From assembly GCA_963557715.1 (NCBI GenBank), contig CAUWCN010000006.1, positions 3,468 through 67,467 of the forward strand: a stretch of DNA of 64,000 bases. The letters are read 5' to 3'. The notes under the pieces are model-generated. The model worked only from the letters and a program-made list of their open reading frames with translations. It was not told the origin of the DNA and did no database searches. How positions within the stretch are numbered: the stretch's first letter is position 1; each line of letters begins with the position of its first letter. Origin of the DNA: an uncultured Atopobiaceae bacterium (GTDB taxonomy: Bacteria; Actinomycetota; Coriobacteriia; Coriobacteriales; Atopobiaceae). Position numbers and translations under genes: made by a program. Below are positions 20,754 to 30,471 of the stretch, in pieces.

Positions 20754-21821
20754 CTAGAACTGGCTGAGGAAGCGCATGTCGCCGGTCATGAGCATGCGCA
20801 GGTCGGGCAGGTCGTAGCGCAGGGCGGCCACGCGCTCGACGCCGATGCCGAAGGCGAAGCCGGTGTACCTCTCGGGATCGATGCCGCAGTTGCGGAAGAC
20901 GTTGGGGTCGACCATACCGCAGCCCAAGATCTCGAGCCAGCCGGTGTTCTTGCAGAAGCGGCAGCCCTTGCCGTGGCACACGCCGCACGAGACGTCGACC
21001 TCGCAGCTGGGCTCGGTGAACGGGAAGAAGTGCGGGCGGTAGCGGGTGGCGCGGTCCTTTCCGAAGATCTCGCGGCAGAAGTAGTCGAGCGTGCCCTTGA
21101 GGTCGCCGAAGGTGATGCCCTCGTCCACGACGAGGCCCTCGACCTGCGTGAACTGCGGCAGGTGGTTGGCGTCGGCGGTGTCGGGGCGGAAGACCGTGCC
21201 CGGGCAGATCATGTAGATGGGCGGCTCGCTGGCCTCCATGACGTGCGCCTGCACGCCGGAGGTCTGGGTGCGCAGGAGCACGTCGGACTCGCCCTGGACG
21301 TGGGCCTGCTTGCCCTCGGGGGCGTTGTCGACCACGTAGAACGTGTCCTTGGCCGAGCGGCTGGGGTGGTCCTCAGGCGCGTTGAGCGCGGTGAAGTTGT
21401 AGTAGGTCGTCTCGACGTAGGGGCCGTCCTCGACCGTGTAGCCCAGGCCGCAGAAGATGTCCTCGATCTCCTCGCGGATCTGGCTGACGAGGTGCTGGGT
21501 GCCCAGGGAGAGCCTGCGGCCGGGCAGCGTGACGTCGCAGGCGTCGGCGGCCATCTTGCGCTCCATGAGCTCCTGGCCGAGCTCCTCCCTGCGCGCCTTA
21601 AGGGCCGCCTCGACGTTGCCGCGGACGGTGTTGGCGAGCTGGCCCATCACGGGACGCTCCTCCGGGGCGAGCTTGCCCATCGAGCGCATGATCTGGGTGA
21701 GCGAGCCCTTCTTGCCCAGCACGCTCACGCGCAGGGCCTCGAGGGCCTCCATGCTCTGTGCGGCGGCAAGGCCCTCCGCCACCTGTGCCTCAATCGACTT
21801 GAGGTCGTCGGACATCGACAT
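20754..21821 (-). CDS. pheS: phenylalanine--tRNA ligase alpha subunit
   Basis: LGKKG, NF.ALN.P.DHP.R, LRTQTS, FPFTEPS, EILGCG and GFAFG.G.ER; RBS GAAAGGAG before 21821. Confidence 0.98.
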   Translation of the reverse strand: MSMSDDLKSIEAQVAEGLAAAQSMEALEALRVSVLGKKGSLTQIMRSMGKLAPEERPVMGQLANTVRGNVEAALKARREELGQELMERKMAADACDVTLPGRRLSLGTQHLVSQIREEIEDIFCGLGYTVEDGPYVETTYYNFTALNAPEDHPSRSAKDTFYVVDNAPEGKQAHVQGESDVLLRTQTSGVQAHVMEASEPPIYMICPGTVFRPDTADANHLPQFTQVEGLVVDEGITFGDLKGTLDYFCREIFGKDRATRYRPHFFPFTEPSCEVDVSCGVCHGKGCRFCKNTGWLEILGCGMVDPNVFRNCGIDPERYTGFAFGIGVERVAALRYDLPDLRMLMTGDMRFLSQF

Positions 21822-21841
21822 GCGGCTTCTCCTTTCGCAAA

Positions 21842-22187
21842 CAAAAACCGTCCCCGGGCGCGCACGTGCCCAAGGACGGAATGACTTCCGCGGTACCACC
21901 TCGGTTGGCGCGAGGGTTGTCTCTCCCGCGCGCCCACTCTTTGCGCCCCGTTCCGTGGGGCCGACGGCTTCCCTACTGAGCGTGCAATGGGGACAGGCAC
22001 TTTCGCACGCTGCGAACGTCGCCCCCTCGCGCGCGTGCGAAAGTGCCTGTCCCCTTTGCACGCTGTGCCGTTCAGGTCGCGGCTGGTGGAGTGAACTCCG
22101 GGCCTCTGCCTTGGAGGGGGCTCTCAGCCGGTGACCCCCATCTCTTGTCCGCTGGCAACGCGACGCCCAAACCTCTCCGTCATAGCC
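21842..22187 (-). ncRNA. T-box riboswitch (tRNA-Phe), transcription-termination type
   Basis: Minus strand: AGAGA...GCTGAGAG stem I motifs; TTC (Phe) specifier at 22093-22095; GAA/AGTA stem II; AGGTGGTACCGCGG T-box (21888-21901) pairing with CCGTCCT; terminator CCGTCCTTGGGC...GCCCGGGGACGG-TTTTT. Confidence 0.9.
21979..22064. repeat. 32-bp inverted repeat (1 mismatch) inside the T-box
   Basis: agcgtgcaatggggacaggcactttcgcacgc / gcgtgcgaaagtgcctgtcccctttgcacgct. Confidence 0.9.
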
Positions 22188-22252
22188 TAGCGTGACATGG
22201 TAGCACAGTCGGGGCCAAGAGGAGCAGGCGAGGCGAGGGAGAACAGGGGCGC

Positions 22253-23575
22253 CTACGCCAGGTGGACTCCAGACCTCGCCGCCGCCTCGAGCCACGCGAT
22301 GTAGGTGTTGGGATAGTGGCTCGCGAGCAGGCGGCCCAGGTCGATCTGGGCGCACGCCGCGGCGAGCTGCACGATGCCCGCCGGGGACACCAGCTCGGAG
22401 AAGCTCGACGCCCGCTGAGCGATGCCGCAGACGAAGCTCTCGACGACCTCGCGGTCGGCGGGGTCCGCAGCGCACTCGGCGCCCATCGTCTCCGCGTACG
22501 ACGCCCGCATGGTGTCGAGCAGCTCGGCGAAGTCGGCGTCCCCCTGCTCGGGCAGGCTCACGTCACGTCCGTAGCGCGCGTACCCCCACGCCTCCAGGGG
22601 GAGCTGCGGCACGAGGTCGGAGGGGTTGATCACGTTGAAGATGTTGTCATAGGCGCAGGAGCGCGCCTCCGGCGACGGCGTGCAGTTGGGTGCGGCAAAG
22701 GTGTAGGCGCGCACGTCGCCGGCCGTCGCCAGCGCGCGGCTGCCGTCGGCGACGTCGTCGGCGTAGCTCGCCAGCAGGTTGGCGACCGCGCCGCCGCGAC
22801 TGTGCCCGCAGAAGAGGTAGGAGCGCTCCACCCCGGGCTCGAGGTCACTGGCGCGCGCCTCGAGGTCCGCCACGATCTCGCTCGCCGCGATGGTGAAGCC
22901 GAGGTGGTCCTCGTCCTCCCCCGCGCCCGCGGCGCCCGTCGCGCCCTCGATCTTGATGTTCGAGAGCCACTCGGACCCGTACGACCCACGGACGACCACG
23001 ACGACGAGCTCCTTCTCGGCCCCCGTCCGCGAGGACACGATCCGCTTGGTCGCCAGCGTGTAGGCGACCACGTCCGTTCCGTCCACGACCCCGATGACCT
23101 CGTCGAGGATCTCGCTGCGATAGCGGTACGACGCGGTGCACACCTCATCGAATCCGAGCGCGGCGAAGGCGTGCTCCGCATACGCCGGGGAGGTCGACCC
23201 CTGCTGGTAGTAGGCGCTCTCGGCGTTGGCCACGGCCGAGAGAACGGCGCAGGTATGGGCAAGCTCGGCGCTGTACGCGCTTGCGTCCTCGAAGAACCAG
23301 TCATCGTTCCAGCTGACCCGTGACTCCACGCGATGTCCCTCGCCCGAGAAGAGCGCGGCGTACTCGATGTCCGTCTCGAAGGCGCCCGTTCGCTCGGCAG
23401 CGTCGACCTCGGGGGCGCTCACCGCGTTGACGCCGGCGACGCGCTCGAGCCTGCGCGCGTGCAGAACCGCCGCACCCGCGAGCGTGGCGCTGTCGAGCAG
23501 CGTCACGGCCACGAGCGCGGCGAGCAGCAGGCTGAGACGCCTCGGGAGTCCGCGATGTCTGCCAAGCCTTCGCAT
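22253..23575 (-). CDS. secreted/anchored lipase class 3-like alpha/beta hydrolase
   Basis: N-terminal signal/TM; RGS oxyanion region, H.GF, GHSRGG nucleophile elbow, YTFAAP, N..DLVP.LP and terminal His. Confidence 0.8.
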   Translation of the reverse strand: MRRLGRHRGLPRRLSLLLAALVAVTLLDSATLAGAAVLHARRLERVAGVNAVSAPEVDAAERTGAFETDIEYAALFSGEGHRVESRVSWNDDWFFEDASAYSAELAHTCAVLSAVANAESAYYQQGSTSPAYAEHAFAALGFDEVCTASYRYRSEILDEVIGVVDGTDVVAYTLATKRIVSSRTGAEKELVVVVVRGSYGSEWLSNIKIEGATGAAGAGEDEDHLGFTIAASEIVADLEARASDLEPGVERSYLFCGHSRGGAVANLLASYADDVADGSRALATAGDVRAYTFAAPNCTPSPEARSCAYDNIFNVINPSDLVPQLPLEAWGYARYGRDVSLPEQGDADFAELLDTMRASYAETMGAECAADPADREVVESFVCGIAQRASSFSELVSPAGIVQLAAACAQIDLGRLLASHYPNTYIAWLEAAARSGVHLA

Positions 23576-23745
23576 GCAACCTCCGTCCGGGCCCTTTTGA
23601 CCATGATACCCGGCGGTTTGCCCTTCGCGGGGCAGGAGGCGCAACATGACGAAAGCGTTAGGTGGGAAGGCGAGGGGCCGGGTGAAACGGCTCGCGGCGG
23701 GGCGCCCCGCCGCGCTCGGGGGGACGGTCCGCTCCGCGCGCCCGT

Positions 23746-25284
23746 CTAGGCGCGCGAGATCCAGATCGGCGACGCCCAGGCGGTCTGGCCGTCTGCCTGG
23801 ACGACCTTCACGAACCAGCTCTGCTCGCGCTCCTCGGGACGGACCGCGAAGGAGTCCTCGACCTCGTAGAGGTCGGACGCAAAGCCCTGGTATACCTTGA
23901 TCTTGTACGCGTTGTGGTACCACGCGTCACTGCGGTAGTACTCCTCGATGCCCGCGGTCCTGCGCACGAGCTCCTTGGCCTCGTCCTCGAAGACCTCGAG
24001 GAAGCTGCCCCCGAGGATCTTCTCAACCGGCCACTCGAAGCGCTCGCCGCAGACCTCCATGGTCACGGTGCCGTCGAGCGGCGCCTGGATCTCGAAGACG
24101 TAGCCCTCGGTGCGCATGGAGCTGTCGCGCACCCAGTGCGTTCCGCCGACCTTCTGCGACTTGGCAACAAAGCTGACGCTCTTCTCGTCCACGATCTCGT
24201 GACGGTTGTCGAAGCTGCTGAAGACCGGCTCCACGGAGACCACCGAGCCCGTCGTGGAGAGCGTGCCCTCCCAGGTCCTCTCGGTCGCCTCGGGGAAGTA
24301 CTTGACGTTGGGTCCCCAGCCGAACTCCACGCGGAACTTGAAGCGCACGGTGCCGTCCTCGGACGGCTCGGGCGCGCGCCAGCGGACCACGTGCACGCCA
24401 TCGAGGTCGCCGTCGCGGTAGAGCTCGATGCGCTCGACCTTGGAGTTGGCGTGCGCGCGAACCTTGAGCTCGACCTCCTCGGCGTCGGTCGTGAAGACCG
24501 ACCCGAGCGGGTGGCCCTCCGCCTCCGTCCACACGTCGATGCGCGAGCCCGTGAAGCCGAACGTGCGGCGCGAGGCCAGCGCGTCCCAGATGGCGTCCTT
24601 GCTGTAGTCGTCCGCCCAGACGCCCGCACGGCCGTACTTGACCATGGCGGGGACCTCGTGGTTGTCACCGGAGCAGATGAGGCCGAAGTGCTTGCCGCGC
24701 TTGAGCCCGGCAACGACGCTCGTCCCGTCCACGCGCGGGCCCATGTGGATGTGACGCTCCATCGGGATCGAGGTGGCGTCGCGCTCCGAGCTGCCGTGGT
24801 GGGAGAAGATCTCGGCAACGGGCGAGAAGGACTCGTCGTGGGTGTCCCAGTTCTTGCCGCGGTTGCCCAGCGAGTACGCGAGGTGGTGCGGAATCCCGAT
24901 CACATCCTGGCCGCGGTAGGTCTCGACGAGCTCCTGGTAGCGAGCCGGAAGCTCGATCTCCCCCGACGTCTTGAAGTAGACGTTGTGGTCGCCGTCCTCG
25001 CCGGTCCCCTGCCACTCGAAGCCCGGGAAGCAGACGAACCCGTCCTCGCGCTCGCGACGCTCCAGGAACGCGAGGATGCGCTGCCACTGCTCGCGCATGA
25101 GGTCGCGGTCCATCTCGCGCTCGGTGCCGAAGCCCCCGGGCAGCTCGACCATCTGGTAGGGGTAGTAGGCCAGCGTGAAGAAGTCGCTCACGCGCTCGCA
25201 GTGCTCGAACCACGCCTCGAGCTCGTCGATCTGGCCGGGGTGGAGGTTGAGGTGGAGGTCGGTGATGTAGCTCTTGTAGTTCAT
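23746..25284 (-). CDS. PHP-like metallohydrolase (DUF3604/CehA-McbA-like)
   Basis: DLHLN, PGFEW..GDHNV, IPHH, EIFSHHG, GDNH and C-terminal Ig-like AWASPIW. Confidence 0.72.
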   Translation of the reverse strand: MNYKSYITDLHLNLHPGQIDELEAWFEHCERVSDFFTLAYYPYQMVELPGGFGTEREMDRDLMREQWQRILAFLERREREDGFVCFPGFEWQGTGEDGDHNVYFKTSGEIELPARYQELVETYRGQDVIGIPHHLAYSLGNRGKNWDTHDESFSPVAEIFSHHGSSERDATSIPMERHIHMGPRVDGTSVVAGLKRGKHFGLICSGDNHEVPAMVKYGRAGVWADDYSKDAIWDALASRRTFGFTGSRIDVWTEAEGHPLGSVFTTDAEEVELKVRAHANSKVERIELYRDGDLDGVHVVRWRAPEPSEDGTVRFKFRVEFGWGPNVKYFPEATERTWEGTLSTTGSVVSVEPVFSSFDNRHEIVDEKSVSFVAKSQKVGGTHWVRDSSMRTEGYVFEIQAPLDGTVTMEVCGERFEWPVEKILGGSFLEVFEDEAKELVRRTAGIEEYYRSDAWYHNAYKIKVYQGFASDLYEVEDSFAVRPEEREQSWFVKVVQADGQTAWASPIWISRA

Positions 25285-25292
25285 CGCGTTCC

Positions 25293-26144
25293 TTACATGA
25301 TTCCGGTGACGACCATGACCGCGGCGAAGATCAGGATGGCCACGATGAGCTTGTTGGCGGACCAGCCCTTCTTGGAGACGAGCAGGTAGCTCACGAGCGC
25401 GATCACCAGCGGCACGAGGTTGGGCATGATCTTGTCCAAGATCTCCTGGAGGTTGATGACCATGTCGCCGGACGTGTAGGTGAAGGCGATGGGGGCGCTG
25501 ATGGTGGTCGCCGCCACGCCGCCGATGACGATCAGGCCAACGATGGTGAGGGCGGTGGTGATCTTGTCCTTGAGCTCGACGTTGGTGAGCAGCTTCACCG
25601 CGTCGGCGCCGAGGTCGTAGCCCTTGACGAAGAGGAAGTACTTGAGCGGGATGACGATGCCGCACCACAGGGCGAGGAACACGATCGGGCCGAGCGGGTT
25701 GCCGCCGGCGGAGAGGCCGATGCCGATGGAGAGCAGGATCGGGTTGATCGTGCCCACCAGGATGGAGTCGCCGATGCCTGCGAAGGGCCCCATGAGGGCG
25801 TTCTTGGTGCTCTGGATGATCTCGTCGTCGAAGGACGGGTCGTTGGCCTTCTCCTCCTCGAGGGCCAGGCAGATGCCCGGGATGATGGCGCCGAGCTGCG
25901 GCTCGGTGTTGAAGAAGGTCATGTTGCGCTGCAGCGCGCGGGACAGGCCCTCCTTGTCGCCCTCGTAGAGCTTCTCGAGCGAGCCGGAGAGGCTGTGGCA
26001 GAAGGGCGTGCCCATCATGCGCTCGTAGTTCTGGGAGGCCAGGCAGAAGAACGCCCAGCGCCATGCGGCCGTGGAGACGTCGCGCTTGCTGAGGTGGACC
26101 TCGTACTTGGCGCCCGTAGCACCGGAATGAGTCTGCTCGGTCAT
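25293..26144 (-). CDS. mannose-family PTS EIID
   Basis: NYERM, FFNTEP and LMGPFAGIGDS. Confidence 0.93.
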   Translation of the reverse strand: MTEQTHSGATGAKYEVHLSKRDVSTAAWRWAFFCLASQNYERMMGTPFCHSLSGSLEKLYEGDKEGLSRALQRNMTFFNTEPQLGAIIPGICLALEEEKANDPSFDDEIIQSTKNALMGPFAGIGDSILVGTINPILLSIGIGLSAGGNPLGPIVFLALWCGIVIPLKYFLFVKGYDLGADAVKLLTNVELKDKITTALTIVGLIVIGGVAATTISAPIAFTYTSGDMVINLQEILDKIMPNLVPLVIALVSYLLVSKKGWSANKLIVAILIFAAVMVVTGIM

Positions 26145-26145
26145 G

Positions 26146-26970
26146 TTATCGCTCCTCGTAGTTTCCGTCTTCGTCCTCGTAGATCGCGGCCGCCTCGAGC
26201 GCGGACGCAGCCTGGGTGCCGTTGCCGTTGTAGCGAGCCATCACGTAGATGAGGGCGAACGCCAGGGCAATGAACACCAGCGAGGTCGTGGTGAGGGAGA
26301 AGGACGAGACGAGCACCCAGCCCAGGACGAACAGGGCGATCATCCACTTCTCCTGGACGATCTGGTTGAGCAGGATGGCGAAGCCCAGCGCGGGCAGCAT
26401 CTTGCCGCCGATGGCGAGCCAGTCGATGACCACCTGCGGCAGGGCCGCGAAGAGGCCCTCGGCGAAGCCCGAGCCGAGGTAGCAGGCCAGGGTCACGATG
26501 AAGAAGCGCTCGGCGAACTCGATGAGCTGGCCGCAGAGGTTGGCCACGCGGATGCCGCGGGCGTCGCCGGCGGCGGCGCACTTGTCGGCGCGGTGGGGCC
26601 AGATGGCGTTGAAGGTCATCGTGAAGTTGTGAAGCGCAACGCCGAGGGCGCCCACGGGAATGGCCAGCGCGACAGCCATCTCGGAGCTGCCGCCAGCGAC
26701 GATGGCGAGCGGGATGCCGATGTAGGCCGCGAGGTTGAGGTCAGAGGGGACCGCGCCGCCCGGGGTGATCTGACCGATGAAGATGGCCTGCACGGCAACG
26801 CCGCACAGCACGCCCGCCGTGACGTCGCCCAGAATGACGCCGCAGATGAGACCGGCCACGAGGGGGCGTCCGATGCCGTACCAGCCGCCGGTGGTGCCGC
26901 AGAGCCAGGGCACCTGGTTTCTGCCCAGGTACGCGAAGAGGCCGATGAGGGCCGCCTGCCAAAGTTCCAT
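26146..26970 (-). CDS. mannose-family PTS EIIC
   Basis: RPLVAG..G.ILGD, PGGAVP.D and GKMLPALGFA. Confidence 0.92.
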   Translation of the reverse strand: MELWQAALIGLFAYLGRNQVPWLCGTTGGWYGIGRPLVAGLICGVILGDVTAGVLCGVAVQAIFIGQITPGGAVPSDLNLAAYIGIPLAIVAGGSSEMAVALAIPVGALGVALHNFTMTFNAIWPHRADKCAAAGDARGIRVANLCGQLIEFAERFFIVTLACYLGSGFAEGLFAALPQVVIDWLAIGGKMLPALGFAILLNQIVQEKWMIALFVLGWVLVSSFSLTTTSLVFIALAFALIYVMARYNGNGTQAASALEAAAIYEDEDGNYEER

Positions 26971-26983
26971 GCTTCCTCCTTGC

Positions 26984-27910
26984 TTACTTGCTGACTATCT
27001 CGACGAAGTCGATCTGCGGGTCTGCAGGGACCTGACGCGCCGTGAAGGCGGTGCCCTTCTTGGCGAGGTCGCGCACGACCTGCGCCTCGCGCTCGGTGAG
27101 GTTCACGCACTTGACGTAGGTCGTCGTGTCCGGGCGGTTGGGAACGTTGCCCAGGTCGACGAGGTCGAAGTGCCAGCCGAGCTCGTCGAGGGCAGCCAGG
27201 GTCTCAACGCGCGTCATCACCACGAGCACGCGGTCCCCCGGGTAGGAGCGCTCGTCGGACAGGCGCTCCACTGCCTTCTTGGTCGAGAGGATCGAGAGCT
27301 TGACCGAGGCGGGCTTGGCCATCTTGAGGGCCATCTTCTGCGTCTCGTCGCGCACGGCCACGTCGTCGATCACCACGATGCGGGTGGCACCCGTGCGCGG
27401 CACCCATGCCGTCGCCACCTGGCCGTGGATGCCGCGCGCGTCGACGCGCACGCCCACAATCTGCTGGGGCTCGTCCGAGGAGACCGAGGGCGCGGCGACC
27501 CTGCGGGCGGGCGCATAGGGCTTCTCGGTCCCCGCGGCGAGCGCCTTGACGTCGTGGATGGCCTCGTGGCCGGTCGCGACGATGCCCGCCGCGTCGGCCT
27601 CCTCCATGGCGGCGGAGATCACCATGGCGAGGTTCATGCCCGACACCACGCTCACGCGCTCGTCGCTCGCGTAGTGCTCGAGCGCGGCGTTGCAGGGCGA
27701 GCCGCCCATGAGGTCGGCGATCACGCGGACCGACTCGCAGCCCGAGAGCTCCTCGTCGAGCGCCGCGAGCTTGCGCTCGAGGTCCTCCTTGCCGTCATCC
27801 GGGGAGAGGCACACCGTGCGTATGTCCTCACGCTCCCCCACGATCATCTCCACGGAGCCCCTCATTGCCTCGGGCAGCGCTCCGTGGCCCACCAAAACGA
27901 TTGCGTTCAA
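26984..27910 (-). CDS. mannose-family PTS EIIAB fusion
   Basis: VGHG (IIA His), DL.GGSP.N, GMNL; then RVDARGIHGQV (IIB His). Confidence 0.92.
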   Translation of the reverse strand: MNAIVLVGHGALPEAMRGSVEMIVGEREDIRTVCLSPDDGKEDLERKLAALDEELSGCESVRVIADLMGGSPCNAALEHYASDERVSVVSGMNLAMVISAAMEEADAAGIVATGHEAIHDVKALAAGTEKPYAPARRVAAPSVSSDEPQQIVGVRVDARGIHGQVATAWVPRTGATRIVVIDDVAVRDETQKMALKMAKPASVKLSILSTKKAVERLSDERSYPGDRVLVVMTRVETLAALDELGWHFDLVDLGNVPNRPDTTTYVKCVNLTEREAQVVRDLAKKGTAFTARQVPADPQIDFVEIVSK

Positions 27911-27964
27911 GCGGTCCTCCCTCTCTCGTATCCAACACGGCCGCCACGCGGCAGCCGATGGCCC

Positions 27965-29353
27965 CTAGGCCATGCCCCGCTCGCGCACCGAGAAGTGCTC
28001 GCCGAGGCTCTCGTAGTCCGCGGGGTCCTTGGACCCCGCCGCCACGCATTCGCGGCGGTTCACCTTCCACTCAGGGCGCACCCGAATGGGGCCCTCGAGC
28101 AGCGGGTCGTTGGTGCGGCGCATGAAGTCGTCGAGCCGCGCGCGCATCTCGTCGAGCACGTCCGCGTAGCGCGGGTCCGTCGCAACGTTGTTGGTCTCGA
28201 ACGTGTCGTAGGCCAGGTCGTAGAGGCACTCGGCGTCCTTGGTGACGTCGGCGAGGCCGAGGTTCTCCTCGTAGTAGTTCTTCACGATCGACCCGTCGAT
28301 GTTCGACTGGTTGAGGCGCAGCCAGTCCGTGTCAAAGAAGCGCAGGTACTTGTATCGGGCGGTGCGAACGGAGCGCACCGGCTCATAGGAGGTGTGGAAG
28401 TTGATCTCCGCGTAGACCGCGTCGTCGCCCGGGTCCTGCTCGCCGCGGAAGATGCCCGCGTGGCTGGTACCCTCGAGATAGTCGGGCGGCTCGATGCCGA
28501 GCAGGTCGAGGAGGGTCGGCACCACGTCGATGTGCGAGACGAGCCCGTCGAAGCTGCGACCCTGCGCGCGGGAGCCCGGCACGCGCATGGCGAGCAGCAC
28601 CCCCGTGCCCGCGTCGAGCAGCGTGCACTTCTCGAACGGGTAGGCCAGCCCGTGGTCCGTGGTGAGCACGACGATGGTGTCCTCGTAGCGGCCGCTCTCG
28701 CGCAGCGCGTCGAGCACGAGACCGTAGTTGGCGTCGGCCATGGAGACGCTCTTCTTGAAGCACGCGTAGTCGGCGCGCGTCACCTCGTTGTTGGGGATGT
28801 TCACCGGCGGCTGGGCGTAGTCGGCGACGCCGGGGTCGGCATCGGGCCACGCCCGGTGCGTCGCGTGCTGGCCAAACGAGACGAAGAACGGGCGCTCCCC
28901 GTCATAGGACCTGAGCCACTCCGCCAGGCGCTCGGCGTTCCTGCGGTCCCACACCACAAGGTCCTTCTCGGCGTACCCCGCGGCGTCGGCCGTGAGGTCC
29001 TCCTCGTAGCCGAGGGTCTCCGGGGCGAGCTGGTGGTCGGTGTAGTAGCCGACCTCGTGCTGGACGCCGCAGAGCACGCTGTGGAAGCCCTCGTGCGCGA
29101 GCAGGCGCGCGAGGTGGCGCGACCCGTCGATGTGAAACCCGCGCTGCGCGAGGCCGAGCATGCCGTTCTGGTGCGGGTAGGTGCCCGTGAGCAGGCCCGC
29201 GCGACTCGGGGAGCACGTGGGCGCCACGCAGAACGCCTGCTGGAAGAGCATCGCATCCTCACAGAACTCCTGGATGCGGGGAGTCTCGACGGCGTAGCCG
29301 TAGGGGGAGATCACGCGTCCCGTGTCATGGGTGTGCAGGTAGAGAACGTTCAC
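27965..29353 (-). CDS. Cys-type sulfatase (sulfamidase-like), cytoplasmic
   Basis: HTHD, CSPSRAGLLTG (CxPxR), TDHG...K.TL and RSVRT.RYKY; no signal peptide. Confidence 0.9.
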   Translation of the reverse strand: MNVLYLHTHDTGRVISPYGYAVETPRIQEFCEDAMLFQQAFCVAPTCSPSRAGLLTGTYPHQNGMLGLAQRGFHIDGSRHLARLLAHEGFHSVLCGVQHEVGYYTDHQLAPETLGYEEDLTADAAGYAEKDLVVWDRRNAERLAEWLRSYDGERPFFVSFGQHATHRAWPDADPGVADYAQPPVNIPNNEVTRADYACFKKSVSMADANYGLVLDALRESGRYEDTIVVLTTDHGLAYPFEKCTLLDAGTGVLLAMRVPGSRAQGRSFDGLVSHIDVVPTLLDLLGIEPPDYLEGTSHAGIFRGEQDPGDDAVYAEINFHTSYEPVRSVRTARYKYLRFFDTDWLRLNQSNIDGSIVKNYYEENLGLADVTKDAECLYDLAYDTFETNNVATDPRYADVLDEMRARLDDFMRRTNDPLLEGPIRVRPEWKVNRRECVAAGSKDPADYESLGEHFSVRERGMA

Positions 29354-29413
29354 GCTGGCTCCTTCGGTCGCGCGGGACGAGATGGTGCACGTTACTCGTC
29401 CATGCTAGAGGCC

Positions 29414-29504
29414 TTGGAACAAATTCCAACACATGAGTGGAACGTGTTCCGCTCAATGGTAGAATAAATTCCGTGAACGTTATGTGAATGCGGAATTAAT
29501 TTCA
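29414..29504. promoter_or_regulatory. four GGAA-N4-TTCC-like palindromes (probable RpiR operators)
   Basis: ttggaacaaattccaa 29414, tggaacgtgttccg 29438, tagaataaattccg 29460 and cggaattaatttca 29491, in an AT-rich patch upstream of the sulfatase-PTS operon. Confidence 0.65.
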
Positions 29505-29523
29505 GATTAGGGCGCCCACGACC

Positions 29524-30330
29524 CTACGACCGACCCTCTCCCCCATCGAGCAGGTGCGCGATCTCGTTGAGCAGGCACTCCACGTACATGAACACGACGA
29601 TCTGGTCCTCGAGGAGACCGGCAGCGTAGTCGCTGCTGATCCAAGGGAGAACCACGGCCTCGGAGGCGCTCTTGATGAAGGGGAGCTTGGGGTTCATCGT
29701 CACGAGCAGCACGTCGCAGCCGCGCTCCACGAGCGACGACATGAGCGTTCCGTACGACTTGCTCCCGCGCCCGTTCATGGACATGACGATGCAGAGGTCC
29801 CCCGGCCCGAGGATGGTCGAGATGTCGTCCATGACCTGCTCGTCCGAGGTGGTCTGGTTGAAGATGCCAATACGGAAGAGCCTCAGCGAGAGCTGCTTGA
29901 CGCTCTCGTAGGTGCGGTTGGCGCCCCAGATGCTGATGCGCCGCGCGTTCAAGATGAGACGCGCGAACCGCGCGAGCTGCGCCTTGTCCAGCCCGTCCGT
30001 CGTCTTCCTGAGATAGGCGGAGTAGGCGTTGGCGAGGTTGTCGTGGGACGAGAGCTCCCCGCCCACGTCCGCACCCTCGTCCGCGTCAGCGCCGTGCGAG
30101 AGGAGCTGGCGGTTCATGCAGAAGCGGAATTCCGCGTAGCCGCTGTAACCTATCCGCTGGCACATGCGCATGATGGCGGTCGAGCTGAGGCCCGCCTCGC
30201 GGGCCACCGCGGCGATGGTCTTGTTGGCCACCGAGGTCGGGTGCTCGATGAAGTAGTGCGCGGCTGCCTCCTCCGAGGGGGTGAAGTCCCCAAGGTGCGC
30301 CCTGAGCCGCTCGATCGGTCCGTCTGCCAT
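29524..30330 (-). CDS. RpiR/MurR-family regulator
   Basis: T.SE..A.Y..P...TI..VA...S...I.R.C..IGY.GY.EF HTH plus SIS domain. Confidence 0.9.
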   Translation of the reverse strand: MADGPIERLRAHLGDFTPSEEAAAHYFIEHPTSVANKTIAAVAREAGLSSTAIMRMCQRIGYSGYAEFRFCMNRQLLSHGADADEGADVGGELSSHDNLANAYSAYLRKTTDGLDKAQLARFARLILNARRISIWGANRTYESVKQLSLRLFRIGIFNQTTSDEQVMDDISTILGPGDLCIVMSMNGRGSKSYGTLMSSLVERGCDVLLVTMNPKLPFIKSASEAVVLPWISSDYAAGLLEDQIVVFMYVECLLNEIAHLLDGGEGRS

Positions 30331-30471
30331 GTGTCTCCCGCCTCGCTCGATACTGAAACGTATCGTCGCACGGCGGGCCGCGGGTCGCAAACGTCGAGAA
30401 GGACCTTCCGTCGAAAATCGACCGAGAAGTGGGAGGCCGAGCGCCCGGGCGACGGGACGCGCTCCGAGCCG

